Source: Macrostomum hystrix (Eukaryota > Animalia > Platyhelminthes). From it: a DNA stretch of 64,000 nt. Shown here one piece after another: positions 34,430 to 47,373 of the stretch (its first letter is position 1; every line of letters starts with the position of its first letter). The stretch is from positions 34,224,001 to 34,288,000 of the forward strand of contig CATNEN010000038.1 in NCBI GenBank assembly GCA_950097015.1, read 5' to 3'. The notes under the pieces are model-generated. The model was not told the origin of the DNA and made no database searches. It saw only the letters and a program-made list of their open reading frames with translations. The translations under genes and the position numbers were made by a program.

Positions 34430-37400
34430 CTAGATGATAGCTAAGGTCGCGACCGGGTCGCCTTGTCGTTGCGCCCGGCGCATCAGCAGCAGCCGCTGTT
34501 GCTGATCCTGCAGCCGATGCTGCACCAGCTGCTGGCCAAGTCCACCACTGGCCTCGTCGGTGGAGTCGCCGCACCGGCCGCAGGTCAGGGCGTTCATCAG
34601 GTGACGCCGAAATCTCCTGCTGATGACACACAGTGTCACCGGATTGCTGGCCGAATAGGCCGACGGCAGAACCTGCGAAAGTTTCAGACGGCTGGCTGCT
34701 GTATTTGCGGAGATAATCTACCTGATCAGTCCGCTGTACATCTCCCGTGTCTCATCTCTCCCCTTTCCATCTCTCCCGTGTCCCATCTCTCCCCTTTCTA
34801 TCTCTCGCGTGTCTCATCTCTCCTGTGTCTTATCTCTCACGTGTCCCATCTCTCCCCTGTCCCATCTCTCCCCCTGTCCTATCTCCCGTGTCTCATCGCT
34901 CCCATATCTAATGTCTTCCCAGTCTCATCTCTCCGCATTCAATCTTGTTGTGTTTTGGAATTCTTCTAAAAGAGTTATTTATGGTTACTGCATGGCCCCC
35001 TCGAGTCAGGTGAATGAAGACGGTAGATTTAATAAGAGAAAATAAGCAACAGGTTAGACAATCACCTTAGCAACCATCTTGAGCACCAGGAAGGGACCGC
35101 TGACCCTGTCGGCCCAGAAAAAGAAGTGCAGCATCACCAGGTAGTCGGGGCCCCAGGCAACGAAGAACACGAGTGCTAGGCAGAGGGACAGCTTGGCCAG
35201 CTTCTTGCGACCCTCGAAGGCGTTGCTGGCAGCGGCTGAAGCACCGGCTGGCCCAGAGCCGTCACCGGCTGCGCTTCTCATCAGTTTGCCAGCCATTTTG
35301 CCATAGAACAGAGCGATTAGGAGGCCAGGCGCTAGGTAATAGGCCAGCAGTTTGCCAATCAGCATGCCCACACGAAAGCCGTCGCCCCAGGCGTCGGGGA
35401 AAGGAAAGCAGCTGCGCAGGGACAGGCAGCCGTTGGACTTGTTGAAGCCGGCGACAGCGCCCGTGATGTTTTGTTTTTCGGCTGCCAATTCAGCGTCTAG
35501 CGGCAGAGGGACTCTGCGTTCGACTATGTGCGCGCCCAGTGTCCACGGTATCGATAGCAGGGCTGGGCGGGGTGGGTGATAAGCATGTTGCTCAACCTAG
35601 AGATGCACTTTTGAGATTCGTAATACTAAACAGTAATAATTATAATACGCCCCTAATAATAATAACTGATTACACCTGCCCGCATAGTGTCTTTTCTATT
35701 TGTAAAAATCATTTTACAAAGTCGCGATCAGGTGCCACCAGACACGCAGTTCTGCCGATTTCGCTGACTCCGGAGCACACACTCGCACACATTGTCATCG
35801 TCAGGCAGTGTACACTCCCACTGTGCCTTGGCGTATTTTGCACGACAGGACACGCGCCAAACCCTCTCTCTGCAGCTGCGCCACAAATCTAACGTGGCCT
35901 CGTCGCGGGATCGAGCTCAGCGACTTCGGTATCCCCCTAGGAGGGACGCCACACCCACCCTCAATTACCCAACTAATGCTGATACCCATTTAACAGCTGC
36001 TTGAACTGGAGCAATGCAGAGTTACGTGTCTTACTAAAATACACAAATCGTTCCAGTGGAGTGCGGAATCGAACCCCCGACCTCATGAGTCCGAATCTAC
36101 CCACTATAGGATACAACCCACTAACATAATTAGTTAATAACAATATTTGAGCGGTGCATCCAAAGGGTTTTTTCACATCAGTTCAGTCCATGGACTGGTA
36201 AGGGATGCCGCCTTACCGGAAACCGGATAATGCTATAGAGCAGGGGTAGGCAAACTTATTTGCTGGCGGGCCAAAGAGAGAGCCTAAAAGACGACAGCGG
36301 GCCGCATTTACTGTTTAAATATGAGATAGGGGAGAGATGAGACACGGGAGAGATGAGACACGGGAGAGATTAGACACAGGAAAGATGGGACACGAGAGAG
36401 ATGAGACACGGGAGAGATGAGACACGGGAGAGATGAGACACAGGAAAGATGGGACACGAGAGAGATGAGACACGGGAGAGATTAGACACGGGAGAGATTA
36501 GACACGGGAGAGATTAGACACGGGAGAGATTAGATACGGGAGAGATGAGACGCGAGAGAGATTAGACACGGGAGAGATTAGACACGGGAGAGATTAGACA
36601 CGGGAGAGATTAGACACGGGAGAGATTAGACACGGGAGAGATTAGACACGGGAGAGATTAGACACGGGAGAGATTAGACACGGGAGAGATTAGACACGGG
36701 AGAGATTAGACACGGGAGAAATTAGACACGGGAGAGATTAGACACGGGAGAGATTAGACACGGGAGAGATTAGACACGGGAGAGATTAGATACGGGAGAG
36801 ATGAGACGCGAGAGAGATTAGACACGGGAGAGATTAGACACGGGAGAGATTAGACACGGGAGAGATTAGACACGGGAGAGATTAGACACGGGAGAGATTA
36901 GACACGGGAGAAATTAGACACGGGAGAGATTAGACACGGGAGAGATTAGACACAGGAGAGATTAGATACGGGAGAGATGAGACGCGAGAGAGATGAAACA
37001 GGACACTGTAGATGTCAGAAGAGGCAACGGGCCGGATTTGGGAGCTTCGAGGGCCGCATCTGGCCCGCGGGCCGGAGTTTGCCGACCCCTGCTATAGAGC
37101 CAATTTTTACAGCCGTAGCAGGTAAACTGAAGCAGTGGTTAAGCTTAAGCTATAGCTCGCACATAAGATCCCATCCACATACACTATCTATGCACTTGTC
37201 AGCCGTCTGCAAGTGGAGGCACGGCAAAGGTTGATATTCAGTTCGATTCATATGTGGCAATACGGACGCGGACCACAGCTAGCAACCCAATGCTCGATCA
37301 TCAGTCCAACCGCTGAATCGACTTCTCTCCTCTCCTATTTATCATCTTGTTATCTATCCTCACTGGGGACTGACAAGCATGCAGGCTTTCATCGGCATTG

Positions 37401-40400
37401 GCGGAACTCTCACTTGGCAACTGAATGAAGTACTGCTTCTTTTGATACGAGTAGCAAACCTGTAAATTATCAAGGACATGGAGACTTGACTCTCACTTCA
37501 CTCTCCCTCACTTCACTCTCCCTCACATCACTCTCCCTCACTTCACTCTCCCTCACATCACTCTCCCTCACTTCACTCTCCCTCACTTCACTCTCCCTCA
37601 CTTCACTCTCCCTCACTTCACTCTCCCTCACTTCACTCTCCCTCACATCACTCTCCCTCACTTCACTCTCACTCACATCACTCTCCCTCACTTCACTCTC
37701 CCTCACTTCACTCTCCCTCACTTCACTCTCCCTCACATCACTCTCCTTCACTTCACTCTCCCTCACTTCACTCTCCCTCACATCACTCTCCCTCACATCA
37801 CTCTCCCTCACATCACTCTCCCTCACATCACTCTCCCTCACTCTACTCTCCCTCACTCAATTCTCCCTCACTTCACTTTCCTCTCCACTAACTCTTCAAT
37901 CTGATCTTCCTGTACTTTTAGGTGACATGACATGGCATATTTCATTTGTAGTCACTAATACGAATGTTAGCTTATGGTCATCAGTGCTTCACAGTTTACA
38001 GTTTATTGCGAAAACTGTTTTAAAAAAATTGACATTTCAGTAGTTAATAGTGATAAAAAAACTGCTAAAACTTAGCTTATAAAAGTGCAGCTCACCAGCC
38101 AGCAGCCAGCCAGGCCAATCTTAGGAATGAGATTCGGGTGTGAACTTGTCAGCGCAGCCATCGGGCGCGTGATTGCTAAGCACCTGCGCGATGTGATTGT
38201 AATTGTGTTTTGTTAGGCGTGAATATCGATTTCGTTAAATTAAGAGGTGTTAATATATTATTTTAAATTAACAGATTTTGAGCCATCGATGAACTTTTAG
38301 TTGACCCACTGACTCAATGACTCACTGACCCAATGACCCACTAACCCAATGGCCTACTGACTCAATGACCCACTGAACCAATGACCCACTGACTCAATGA
38401 CCCACTGACTCAATGACCCACTGACTCAATGACCCTCTGACTCAATGACCCACTGACTCAATGACCCACTGACTCAATGACCCACTGACTCAATGACCCA
38501 CTGAACCAATGACCCACTGACTCAATGACCCACTGACCCAATGGCCTACTGACTCAATGACCCACTGAACCAATGAGCCACTGATCCAATGACCCACTGA
38601 CTCAATGACCCACTGACTCAATGACCCACTGACTCAATGACCCACTGACTCAATGGCCCACTGACTTAACGACCCAATGACTCAAGAGAGTCCATGACCC
38701 ATTTAATAGTTTAGCCATGGATGCTAGTTAAAGCCCAGCATTTTTGTAGGCCTTAGAAATTAAATCCCTATCCATTAATTCCCATATTAGTCACCCATGA
38801 TAGTACAGGCGCACCCACAAAGGCTGCAATATTTGTCTCTCGATTCCAATATGAAGATTCAATAAAAATTGAAAAGCTATTTGTTGAGGCCTAGATTTGA
38901 TTGATTTTTTTCAATTATTCGACAATCGATTTAGCAATTGAGAATTTCTAGCCGTGGGGTGCTCAAACAAGGAGAAATATCTAGGCAGACTCTAGATACA
39001 TAAAATTTGAATTTAGTAACTAAACTTTTTGTAATTTCTTAGGAAAGTATTTTGAGCTTTTATTTACACACCTTCACTCAATACTTGTCTTACTGATTTT
39101 GATTCTCTGCAGTCATGAGTCTCACTCATTCTCTAAATCCTTCCCGGTTCTCCTCTCTCTCCTTCTCTCTTTCTTTTTCTTTCTCTCCTTCCCTCTTTCT
39201 TTTTCTTTCTCTCCTTCTCTCTTTCTTTTTCTTTCTCTCCTTCCCTCTTTCTTTTTCTTTCTCTCCTTCCCTCTTTCTTTTTCTTTCTCTCCTTCCCTCT
39301 TTCTTTTTCTTTCTCTCCTTCCCTCTTTCTTTTTCTTTCTCTCCTTCCCTCTTTCTTTTTCTTTCTCTCCTTCCCTCTTTCTTTTTCTTTCTCTCCTTCC
39401 CTCTTTCTTTTTCTTTCTCTCCTTCTCTCTTTCTTTTTCTTTCTCTCCTTCTCTCTTTCTTTTTCTTTCTCTCCTTCCCTCTTTCTTTTTCTTTCTCTCC
39501 TTCTCACTTTCTTTTTCTTTCTCTCCTTCTCTCTCTCTTTTTCTTTCTCTCCTTCTCTCTTTCTTTTTCTTTCTCTCCTTCTCTCTCTCTTTTTCTTTCT
39601 CTCCTTCTCTCTCTCTTTTTCTTTCTCTCCTTCTCTCTCTCTTTTTCTTTCTCTCCTTCTCTCTCTTTTTCTTTCTCTCCTTCTCTCTCTCTCTTTCTTT
39701 CTCTCCTTCTCTCTCTCTTTTTCTTTCTCTCCTTCTCTCTCTCTTTTTCTTTCTCTCCTTCTCTCTTTCTTTTTCTTTCTCTCCTTCTCTCTTTCTTTTT
39801 CTTTCTCTCCTTCTCTCTCTCTTTTTCTTTCTCTCCTTCTCTCTTTCTTTTTCTTTCTCTCCTTCTCTCTCTCTTTTTCTTTCTCTCCTTCTCTCTTTCT
39901 TTTTCTTTCTCTCCTTCTCTCTCTCTTTTTCTTTCTCTCCTTCTCTCTTTCTTTTTCTTTCTCTCCTTCTCTCTCTCTTTTTCTTTCTCTCCTTCTCTCT
40001 CTCTTTTTCTTTCTCTCCTTCTCTCTCTCTTTTTCTTTCTCTCCTTCTCTCTCTCTTTTTCTTTCTCTCCTTCTCTCTTTCTTTTTCTTTCTCTCCTTCT
40101 CTCTCTCTTTTTCTTTCTCTCCTTCCCTCTTTCTTTTTATTTCTCTCCTTCCCTCTTTCTTTTTCTTTCTCTCCTTCTCTCTCCATTATTATCTCGCTCA
40201 TTCTCTCTCTTTATAACAGAGCAATAATCTGATTGGTTCGTTTGATAATGTAAATGCAATGAGATTGGATGAGTGACTAATGATGCCTCTACTCTATTTT
40301 TGAGACCGTGAAAAAAGCACTTCAAAAAGCAACAACAGATCCTAAATTTACATTCTCAATTTGTTTTTGAGGAAATTGACACTTTTGTTTTAACGCAGAG

Positions 40401-41717
40401 TAGGAAGAAAATATATTAGGTGTGAATAAAATTTTCGCATTTCTTCAACAGGACATACTTGCTGGCAGGTGATTGGCAGTACTTTAAGATCCCAGAAAAG
40501 GAAATGAAAGTGAGTTTTTTTGCTTGAAGTATGCACCTGTCCTTTGAGTAGCAGATTATCGTTAAGAGACTAGGAAAACCACTAGAAATTTATTTCTAAA
40601 CTTTTGATTTACTGCTGATACTGATTGTACTGTACTGTATATTGTAAGAGCGAGATAATTTGCAGATAGACAGGTGCAAATTCATTATCTATTCTACCAG
40701 CCTGCCTGTTGATGTTACCAGCCTACATGTTGATGTTAAACTAATTTAACTATATGATCTCTAAACTTATTCAAAACCACCCGCTCTTCATTTTCCTCTT
40801 TTTACGAATCATTCTTCCCATTGTGCTCATTCTTCTCACTGTGCTCACTCTTCCCATTGTGCTCATTCTTCTCACTGTGCTCACTCTTCCCATTTGTGCT
40901 CATTCTTTTCATTGTGTTCATTCTTCCCACTGAGCTCATTCTTCCTATTTTTGCTCATTCTTCCCATTGACTTCATTCTTCCCACTGAGCTCATTCTTCC
41001 TATTTTTGCTCATTCTTCGCTTTGTTTTCATTCATCCCATTGTGCTCATTCTTCTCACTGTGCTCATTCTTCTCACTGTGCTCATTCTTCCCATTTGTGC
41101 TCATTCTTCCCATTGTGTTCATTCTTCAAATTGTGCTCATTCTTGCCTTTGTGCTCGTTCTTTCCATTGTGTTCATTCTTCCCACTGAGCTCATTCTTCC
41201 CATTGTGCTCATTCTTCCCATAGTTTTCATTCTTCCCATTGTGCTCATTCTTCCCATAGTTTTCATTCTTCCCATAGTTTTCATTCTTCCCATTGTGTTC
41301 ATTCTTCCCATTGTGCTCATGCTTCTCTCCCCTATCGCAGTCTCACCTGTCGATGGACATCGCCAGCAGGGTGAATACTGACACGCCCAGCGTTAAGAAG
41401 CGACAAAAATACAGCGCCTTGCAGAAGAATAATGGCAACTCGACGCCGAAGGTGCTAATCAGATTGCACGGAATAAACAGCAGCAGGTAGATACAGTCGG
41501 CAATGGCCAGGTTAGTGATGAACACATTTGGCATTGTGCGCAGGCTACGTCGGGTGGCAACCACGCAGATGAGGGCAGCGTTGCCTACGAGACCAAATAC
41601 GAAAATGCAGATTTGCAGGGACACGTACACAGCGTCAAGGAGTCCGATTCGGGGCTTGTAGCCGATGCAACTGCAGTTGGCATCTGACGTCGAGAATTCA
41701 GCGCTGTTATTCCACAT
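34430..41717 (-). CDS. Neuropeptide GPCR of the bombesin/endothelin/CCHamide (excitatory peptide) receptor group, 4+ exons
   Basis: Exons 41717-41347, 38183-38096, 35596 (or 35562)-35066 and 34672-34430. Motifs GN, RTMPNVFITNLAIAD, GVSVFTLLAMSIDR, RKKLAK, FFVAWGP and NPVTL (NPxxL is typical of this group). The TM4 junction is uncertain. Confidence 0.85.
34729..34940 (-). repeat. Degenerate 17-bp TCTCCCGTGTCTCATC satellite (remnant of the hAT MITE family at 36241 and 41839)
   Basis: Reverse complement of the internal repeat of those MITEs. Confidence 0.7.
35655..36120 (-). mobile_element. Composite: SINE A (35941-36120 head/core, 35655-35685 tail) with a SINE B piece (35725-35935) replacing its middle
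   Basis: Segments match the respective SINE families. Confidence 0.7.
36241..37091 (+). mobile_element. Non-autonomous hAT MITE with an expanded internal 17-bp satellite
   Basis: TIR CAGGGGTAGGCAAACT / AGTTTGCCGACCCCTG; perfect 8-bp TSD CTATAGAG; internal (ACACGGGAGAGATTAG-type)n array of ~39 units. Confidence 0.92.
37490..37880. repeat. Minisatellite, 15-bp unit CTCACTTCACTCTCC
   Basis: About 26 tandem units. Confidence 0.95.
38303..38700. repeat. Minisatellite, 16-bp unit TGACCCACTGACTCAA
   Basis: About 24 tandem units. Confidence 0.95.
39150..40183. repeat. Polypyrimidine minisatellite, 26-bp unit TTCTCTCCTTCCCTCTTTCTTTTTCT
   Basis: About 1 kb almost purely C/T. Confidence 0.95.
40810..41320. 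repeat. Minisatellite, 18-bp unit CATTCTTCCCATTGTGCT
   Basis: About 28 variant units next to the donor at 41346. Confidence 0.92.
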
Positions 41718-41838
41718 GCTGTCGTTGGCGTATTCTACAGGGAATGTCGGATACAGACAAGTAATGGCTCTGTAGGAACTCGTTAAAGATATAGTAGATA
41801 ATGGGAGACCAATACGAGCAACCAATGACTGTCTATGG

Positions 41839-42370
41839 CAGGGGTCGGCAAACTTATTAGCTAGCGGGCCAAAAAGAGAACCTAAAAGACGGCAGCGGGC
41901 CGCATTGACTGTAGAAATATAAGAGAAATATATCAGAGATAGGGAAGAGACGATATGACGGGGAGATGAGAAAGGGGAGAGATGAGACAGAGGAGAGATG
42001 AGACAGAGGAGAGACGAGAGGCGGTAGAGATAACACACGGGAGAGGTGAGACAAAGGAGAGATAAGGCACGGGAGAGACTAGACACGGGGGAGATGAGAA
42101 AGGGGAGAGACGAGACACGGGGGAGATACAGGGGAGAGATAACACACGGGAGAGATGAGGCACAGGAGAGGTGAGACACGGGGGAGATGAGAAAGGGGAG
42201 AGACGAGACACGGGGGAGATAAGACAGGGGAAAGGTGACACACGGGAGAGATGGGATAGGGGAAAGATGAAACAGTATATACTATAGTTGTCGGAAGGCC
42301 GGGCAACGGACCGGATTTAAGAGCTTTGAGGGCCGCATCTGGCCCGCGGGCCGGAGTTTGCCGACCTCTG
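41839..42370 (+). mobile_element. Non-autonomous hAT MITE, second copy with a degenerate internal satellite
   Basis: TIR CAGGGGTCGGCAAACT / AGTTTGCCGACCTCTG; perfect 8-bp TSD GTCTATGG. Confidence 0.92.
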
Positions 42371-42929
42371 GTCTATGGCCACGTTTCGCAATATCTGTCT
42401 TGCTTAACTGCCCATAACTTTGGGCATAGACATTTAGAGCGTGCAAACAATGATGACGCGAGAGAACATGATAGACGCTGCAACTGCCTATGGGTTATGA
42501 CCGAGGCAGTGACCGAGGGCGCTTCGCCCATAGACAGTACAGACGAGAGCTGCGCGCTCTCGATGAAAAACATCCTGGCACTCATAGCCCATTGATAAGT
42601 CGGTTCTTTACGTTCACTTTAGACAACATAATTGGAGGCGTCGGAGTTGGAAGTTATGAAGTAGGTAATAAATAAATGATATGCTGCAAACATCTTATTT
42701 CTGTCAGACATCGCGAAATAAATCCGCGGTTGGATAAAAACAGGGTAGAAACTGTAGAAATTCCTAGTTAAACACTAAGTTTAAAAAAGTTGAGTGCGAG
42801 ACTTCAAAGAAAGGCAATGCGGTAGAAATTCCACAATATTCGAATGAGAGACTTTTAACTAAGTAGTGACAATCTTATTAAGTAAAAAATAGTTCACAAT
42901 ATATGAGACTGATCAAAAAAAGTAATAAT

Positions 42930-43985
42930 GAGAGAGTAATAATCGAGTGACTGACAAGAGTAGAGAGTGACAATCGAGTGACTGACAAGAAGAGAGAGTG
43001 CCAATCGAGTGACTGACAAGAAGAGAGAGTGACAATCGAGTGACTGACAAGAAGAGAGAGTGACAACCGAGTGACTGACAAGAGTAGAGAGTGACAATCG
43101 AGTGACTGACAAGAAGAGAGAGTGATAATCGAGTGACTGACAAGAAGAGAGAGTGACAATCGAGTGACTGACAAGAGTAGAGAGTGACAACCGAGTGACT
43201 GACAAGAAGAGAGAGTGACATCCGAGTGACTGACAAGAGTAGAGACTGACAATCGAGTGACTGACAAGAAGAGAGAGTGACAACCGAGTGACTGACAAGA
43301 GTAGAGAGTGACAATCGAGTGACTGACAAGAAGAGAGAGTGATAATCGAGTGACTGACAAGAAGAGAGAGTGACAATCGAGTGACTGACAAGAGTAGAGA
43401 GTGACAACCGAGTGACTGACAAGAAGAGAGAGTGACATCCGAGTGACTGACAAGAGTAGAGAGTGACAATCGAGTGACTGACAAGAAGAGAGAGTGACAA
43501 CCGAGTGACTGACAAGAGTAGAGAGTGACAATCGAGTGACTGACAAGAGTAGAGAGTGATAATCGAGTCACTGACAAGAGTAGAGAGTGACATCCGAGTG
43601 ACTGACAAGAGTAGAGAGTGATAACCGAGTGACTGACAAGAAGAGAGAGTGACATCCGAGAGACTGACAAGAGTAGAGACTGACAATCGAGTGACTGACA
43701 AGAAGAGAGAGTGACAACCGAGTGACTGACAAGAGTAGAGAGTGACAATCGAGTGACTGACAAGAGTAGAGAGTGATAATCGAGTCACTGACAAGAAGAG
43801 AGAGTGATAATCGAGTGACTGACAAGAAGAGAGAGTGATAATCGAGTGACTGACAAGAAGAGAGAGTGACATCTGAGTGACTGACAAGAGTAGAGAGTGA
43901 CAATCGAGTGACTGACAAGAGTAGAGAGTGACAATCGAGTGACTGACAAGAAGAGAGAGTGAAAATCAGGAGACTGACAAGAAGA
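42930..43985. repeat. Minisatellite, 31-bp unit TCGAGTGACTGACAAGA(GT/AG)AGAGAGTGACAA, ~33 copies
   Basis: Direct tandem repeats. Confidence 0.95.
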
Positions 43986-44550
43986 TAGTTATCGAGTGAG
44001 TGGAGTGACAAGGTAGGACTGATTATCGAGTGAAGTTACAAAGATGAGACTGGTGTTAAGCAGTGACACAAGACTTTGATCTGTTTTGATTATGTAATTT
44101 GCTCTTAAGGCAGAAAAACTTCTTTAGTGTCGATTTTTACACCCCACGGTTCGCGAGAGTAAACACCATGCATGCGGCAGAGTGTAAAGATAATTTTATT
44201 GATTACCAAATAAACTGGTGACAGGTGAGTTGAAATTTGAAGCTGAGTTAACATTATGAAATTGTACACTCATTGAGCAAACTCACATTGTAGCCAAGAT
44301 CAATATTGTTAATAACTGCAGTGTCTGGATGCCGGCAGAGCTTGCAGCTGTTGTTGATTTGAAGTGTGAGAGGGCAGTATTAGCCTTGCGAGACCAGCAT
44401 TTACACTGAATTTAGCCTGCTGAGCTGGCCTAGTCTCTGATTGGCTGGGCATTAGCTAGGCGATTGGGGCTTGCTGCCTGCCGAATGGCTGCCAATGATA
44501 GCAGAAATGACAGCCAAGATAAGATAAATTGGGAGAAAAAGCTGACAGGA

Positions 44551-44890
<340 letters not shown>

Positions 44891-45573
44891 AGGTAAAGCA
44901 ATGAGGCGGATATGGGAACTAAATGTGGGATAATTAATCTAGCTGCAGTAAATACTGAAGCAAATCCTTTTGCGAATCCTTGAAAAAGAGGATCCTATCT
45001 GTGACAAGCAGCAGCTCTCGCTGATTTAAAAATCCAAAGCGCGGTCGGGTTCAATGAAATCTTTCAGCCGACGTCGGCCCGATGACCCTACGCTGCAGCT
45101 GTTATATACGCATATGTGTAATTCGATTTCGCCGCTTCCACAAAAAGCCGTTCGCCCTGAAGTCAGGTCAGGGCTAAAGAGGCTTGTCCTCGGGACATCA
45201 AAGGGTCGAGCTGGTGATATTACTATGGCATTGAGGAGCAGTGAGAATTCTCTAATCCATGAGTAGAAATTTTGTTCAGTTTGTCGAGCTCAACGATATC
45301 AGATTTCTCACATAGCTCCTTGTGTGGATTTAAATCGATTTTTTCTTAATCGACAGCTTTTTTAAACAGCCGGTTTAAATCTCCCATCCGAGCGAAATGT
45401 GCGCCTAGTGACGATTTCATCACTTGAGTCTAAATTAAGCGTAGCTATAAGCTTTCGTTGAGATCCTTTTGAATCACTATTGACGCCAATGCTTTTGGAT
45501 ATTGGTCTCGGCGCTATCTTTCTCTGAGGTGTTGGCTCAGGCTAGTCGAGATTTGTCTATGGCTAGAACCATT

Positions 45574-45648
45574 GGGGTCAGTGGCAGAGCGGTTAACACG
45601 TTTTCCTTTCGCAACAAGGTCCCTAAGCTCGACTCCGCGGATAGGCCA
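45574..45648 (+). mobile_element. SINE family B tRNA-like head only
   Basis: TGGCAGAGCGG A box and GCTCGACTCC B-box-like motif; matches the reverse-strand heads at ~58020-58080 and ~51680-51755. Confidence 0.6.
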
Positions 45649-45724
45649 TAGGATACGCGGATCTGTATACTTTGTAGACAGACCCAGATTTTAACAGTGA
45701 AACTTATTCGTCTATGGCAATCTT

Positions 45725-47110
45725 ACATCTGTCACAAAGTATAAGTTCAAATCTGTCAGAGATACATATGTTGACAGCAACGCGAGTTCACAACCATTTT
45801 TTCTTGCCTTACCCGCCATTGCAAGAATATGCTTAATAGACAGGCAGCGCCTGGTTCACAGCTACAACACTGGACGGGACTGGAGGAGACTGGCCATTGA
45901 CCTCGGAATCAAAAGGACGACAGCAAACTTGATCCTAAAGCGCTATCTAGAGGAAAACTGGACAGAATACAGAGCAAGAGGAGGGGCTAGACACGTGAAA
46001 GTAACTGAACGGATGCCTCAAGCACTTCACTGACATGTTGCTGAGAAGCCGACCATCACATAGAATGAAATTCGAGAGAGGCTGACTGTTGAATTTACCG
46101 ACGCACCCGCTGTTTCTACTCAATGCCTGAGCAAGAAGCTAGACGGCACTCTGATAACCTTAAAAGACGTCAGGCATGTGCATGCGTGCTGGAATGCGCC
46201 AGGCACCATGGATGCGCGAGCGATGTACATGCAATGGATGATGAATTAGGGTCATCTTCAAGAGCATCGCATATGCGCCGATGAATGTGGCTTTGACTTG
46301 TGGACTTCGCGGTCTAAAGGCTGGTCAGCTGCTGGCGATCGTGCTGTGCGAATTACCGATGGTCAGCGCGGTCCCAATGTCACCGTCGTTCTCGCGGTGA
46401 GTCCGCAGCTTGGATTGGTTCACTATGCATGTCACGTTGGTGGCTTCACAGAAGAACGCTTCACTGCATTCTGCTCGGAGGTGTCTGTACTTGTTGACGC
46501 ACCAGCGTTGATGGTGGCGGATAATGCGAGAGCCCACACCAACGTACCTCCGATGTAAATGGAAGACCAAACCATACGTTTTCTACACGTGCATTCTCCG
46601 TTTCTCAATGCGACTGAGATGGCCATCTTTCTGGCAGTAAAGAGACGACTGACAGAACCGGCAGTGGTTCGAGAGCTGGGTGATCGCGCCGCCGCAGCGC
46701 AGGCTGCGATGACATTGCACAACTGGCGACTGAGCATTATGATTTGCGAATTGCATGTCAGCATGCCTCAGCCTCATCTGACACATGACCACTGCCTTAC
46801 GATGGCACCTGCACACGTTAAGTTACGGACAGGCCTGCTTGGATCGTCGCAATATTTTTGTTTGAATCAGTTTACAACTGATTGACTGTAGCAGACATGT
46901 CAGCATAGTGAATTACTTTGCTTTGATTTGAGAGTACTGCTCAAAATATACGTTTGTTTCGTTATCTGTTCATTGGACATATTTCAAGTTACTTATGACA
47001 GAATCGATCTTAACCATAGAGTTTAACCATAGACTCTTAAGTTGGCGTTCGGCTTGCAAGCAGAATGTATGCTATCTATGGCCGATATGAAGTTACTTGT
47101 GTGACAGACT
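45725..47110 (+). mobile_element. Decayed IS630/Tc1/mariner-superfamily DNA transposon (transposase pseudogene ~45836-46885)
   Basis: One frame reads an HTH (DRQRLV...LAIDLGIKRTTANLILKRY...RGG), then DECGF, DNARAH and SPFLNATE, with at least 4 in-frame stops. Degenerate inverted ends TCTGTCACAAAGT / ACTTGTGTGACAGA. Exact termini uncertain. Confidence 0.85.
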
Positions 47111-47334
47111 TGACTAAAAATTTAGCTAAAGGTCGTCGAAATGCAGTAAATTTCTATCTTTCGACCCTGAGAAATAGCAAGAAAAATGTCTTCACTATTG
47201 TGCAATCTTCACACACCCCTCGAGGAGAGAGCCACATCTATTAGGAGCGTAGTTAGTACATAGACAGTACACAGAGAGTCAAAGACAAATGTACACACAA
47301 ATTTAAAGGTGTGTGGCCGCAATAGTCACTCAGT

Positions 47335-47373
47335 TGTGTGTGTGTGTGTGTGTGTGTGTGTGAGTGTGTGTGT
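47335..47373. repeat. (GT)n microsatellite
   Basis: Dinucleotide repeat. Confidence 0.95.

Noticed and set aside
39099-40232. Long ORFs over repeats (also 22840-23475, 26360-26891, 27327-27814, 32901-33822, 37470-38043, 42878-44011, 44452-44933)
   Set aside because: They are translations of stop-free tandem repeats, open in several frames and mostly inside introns.
42373-42595. GC-balanced stretch upstream of the CCHamide-type receptor with a YGR...GHC motif reminiscent of SUEL lectins
   Set aside because: Stops in that frame, no FGDPC motif and no convincing splice sites; possibly 5' UTR.
45574-45648. Possible tRNA genes (also the heads at 21990-22062, 8160-8228 and 13020-13082)
   Set aside because: They have A/B boxes but no complete cloverleaf, and they match or continue into SINE bodies.
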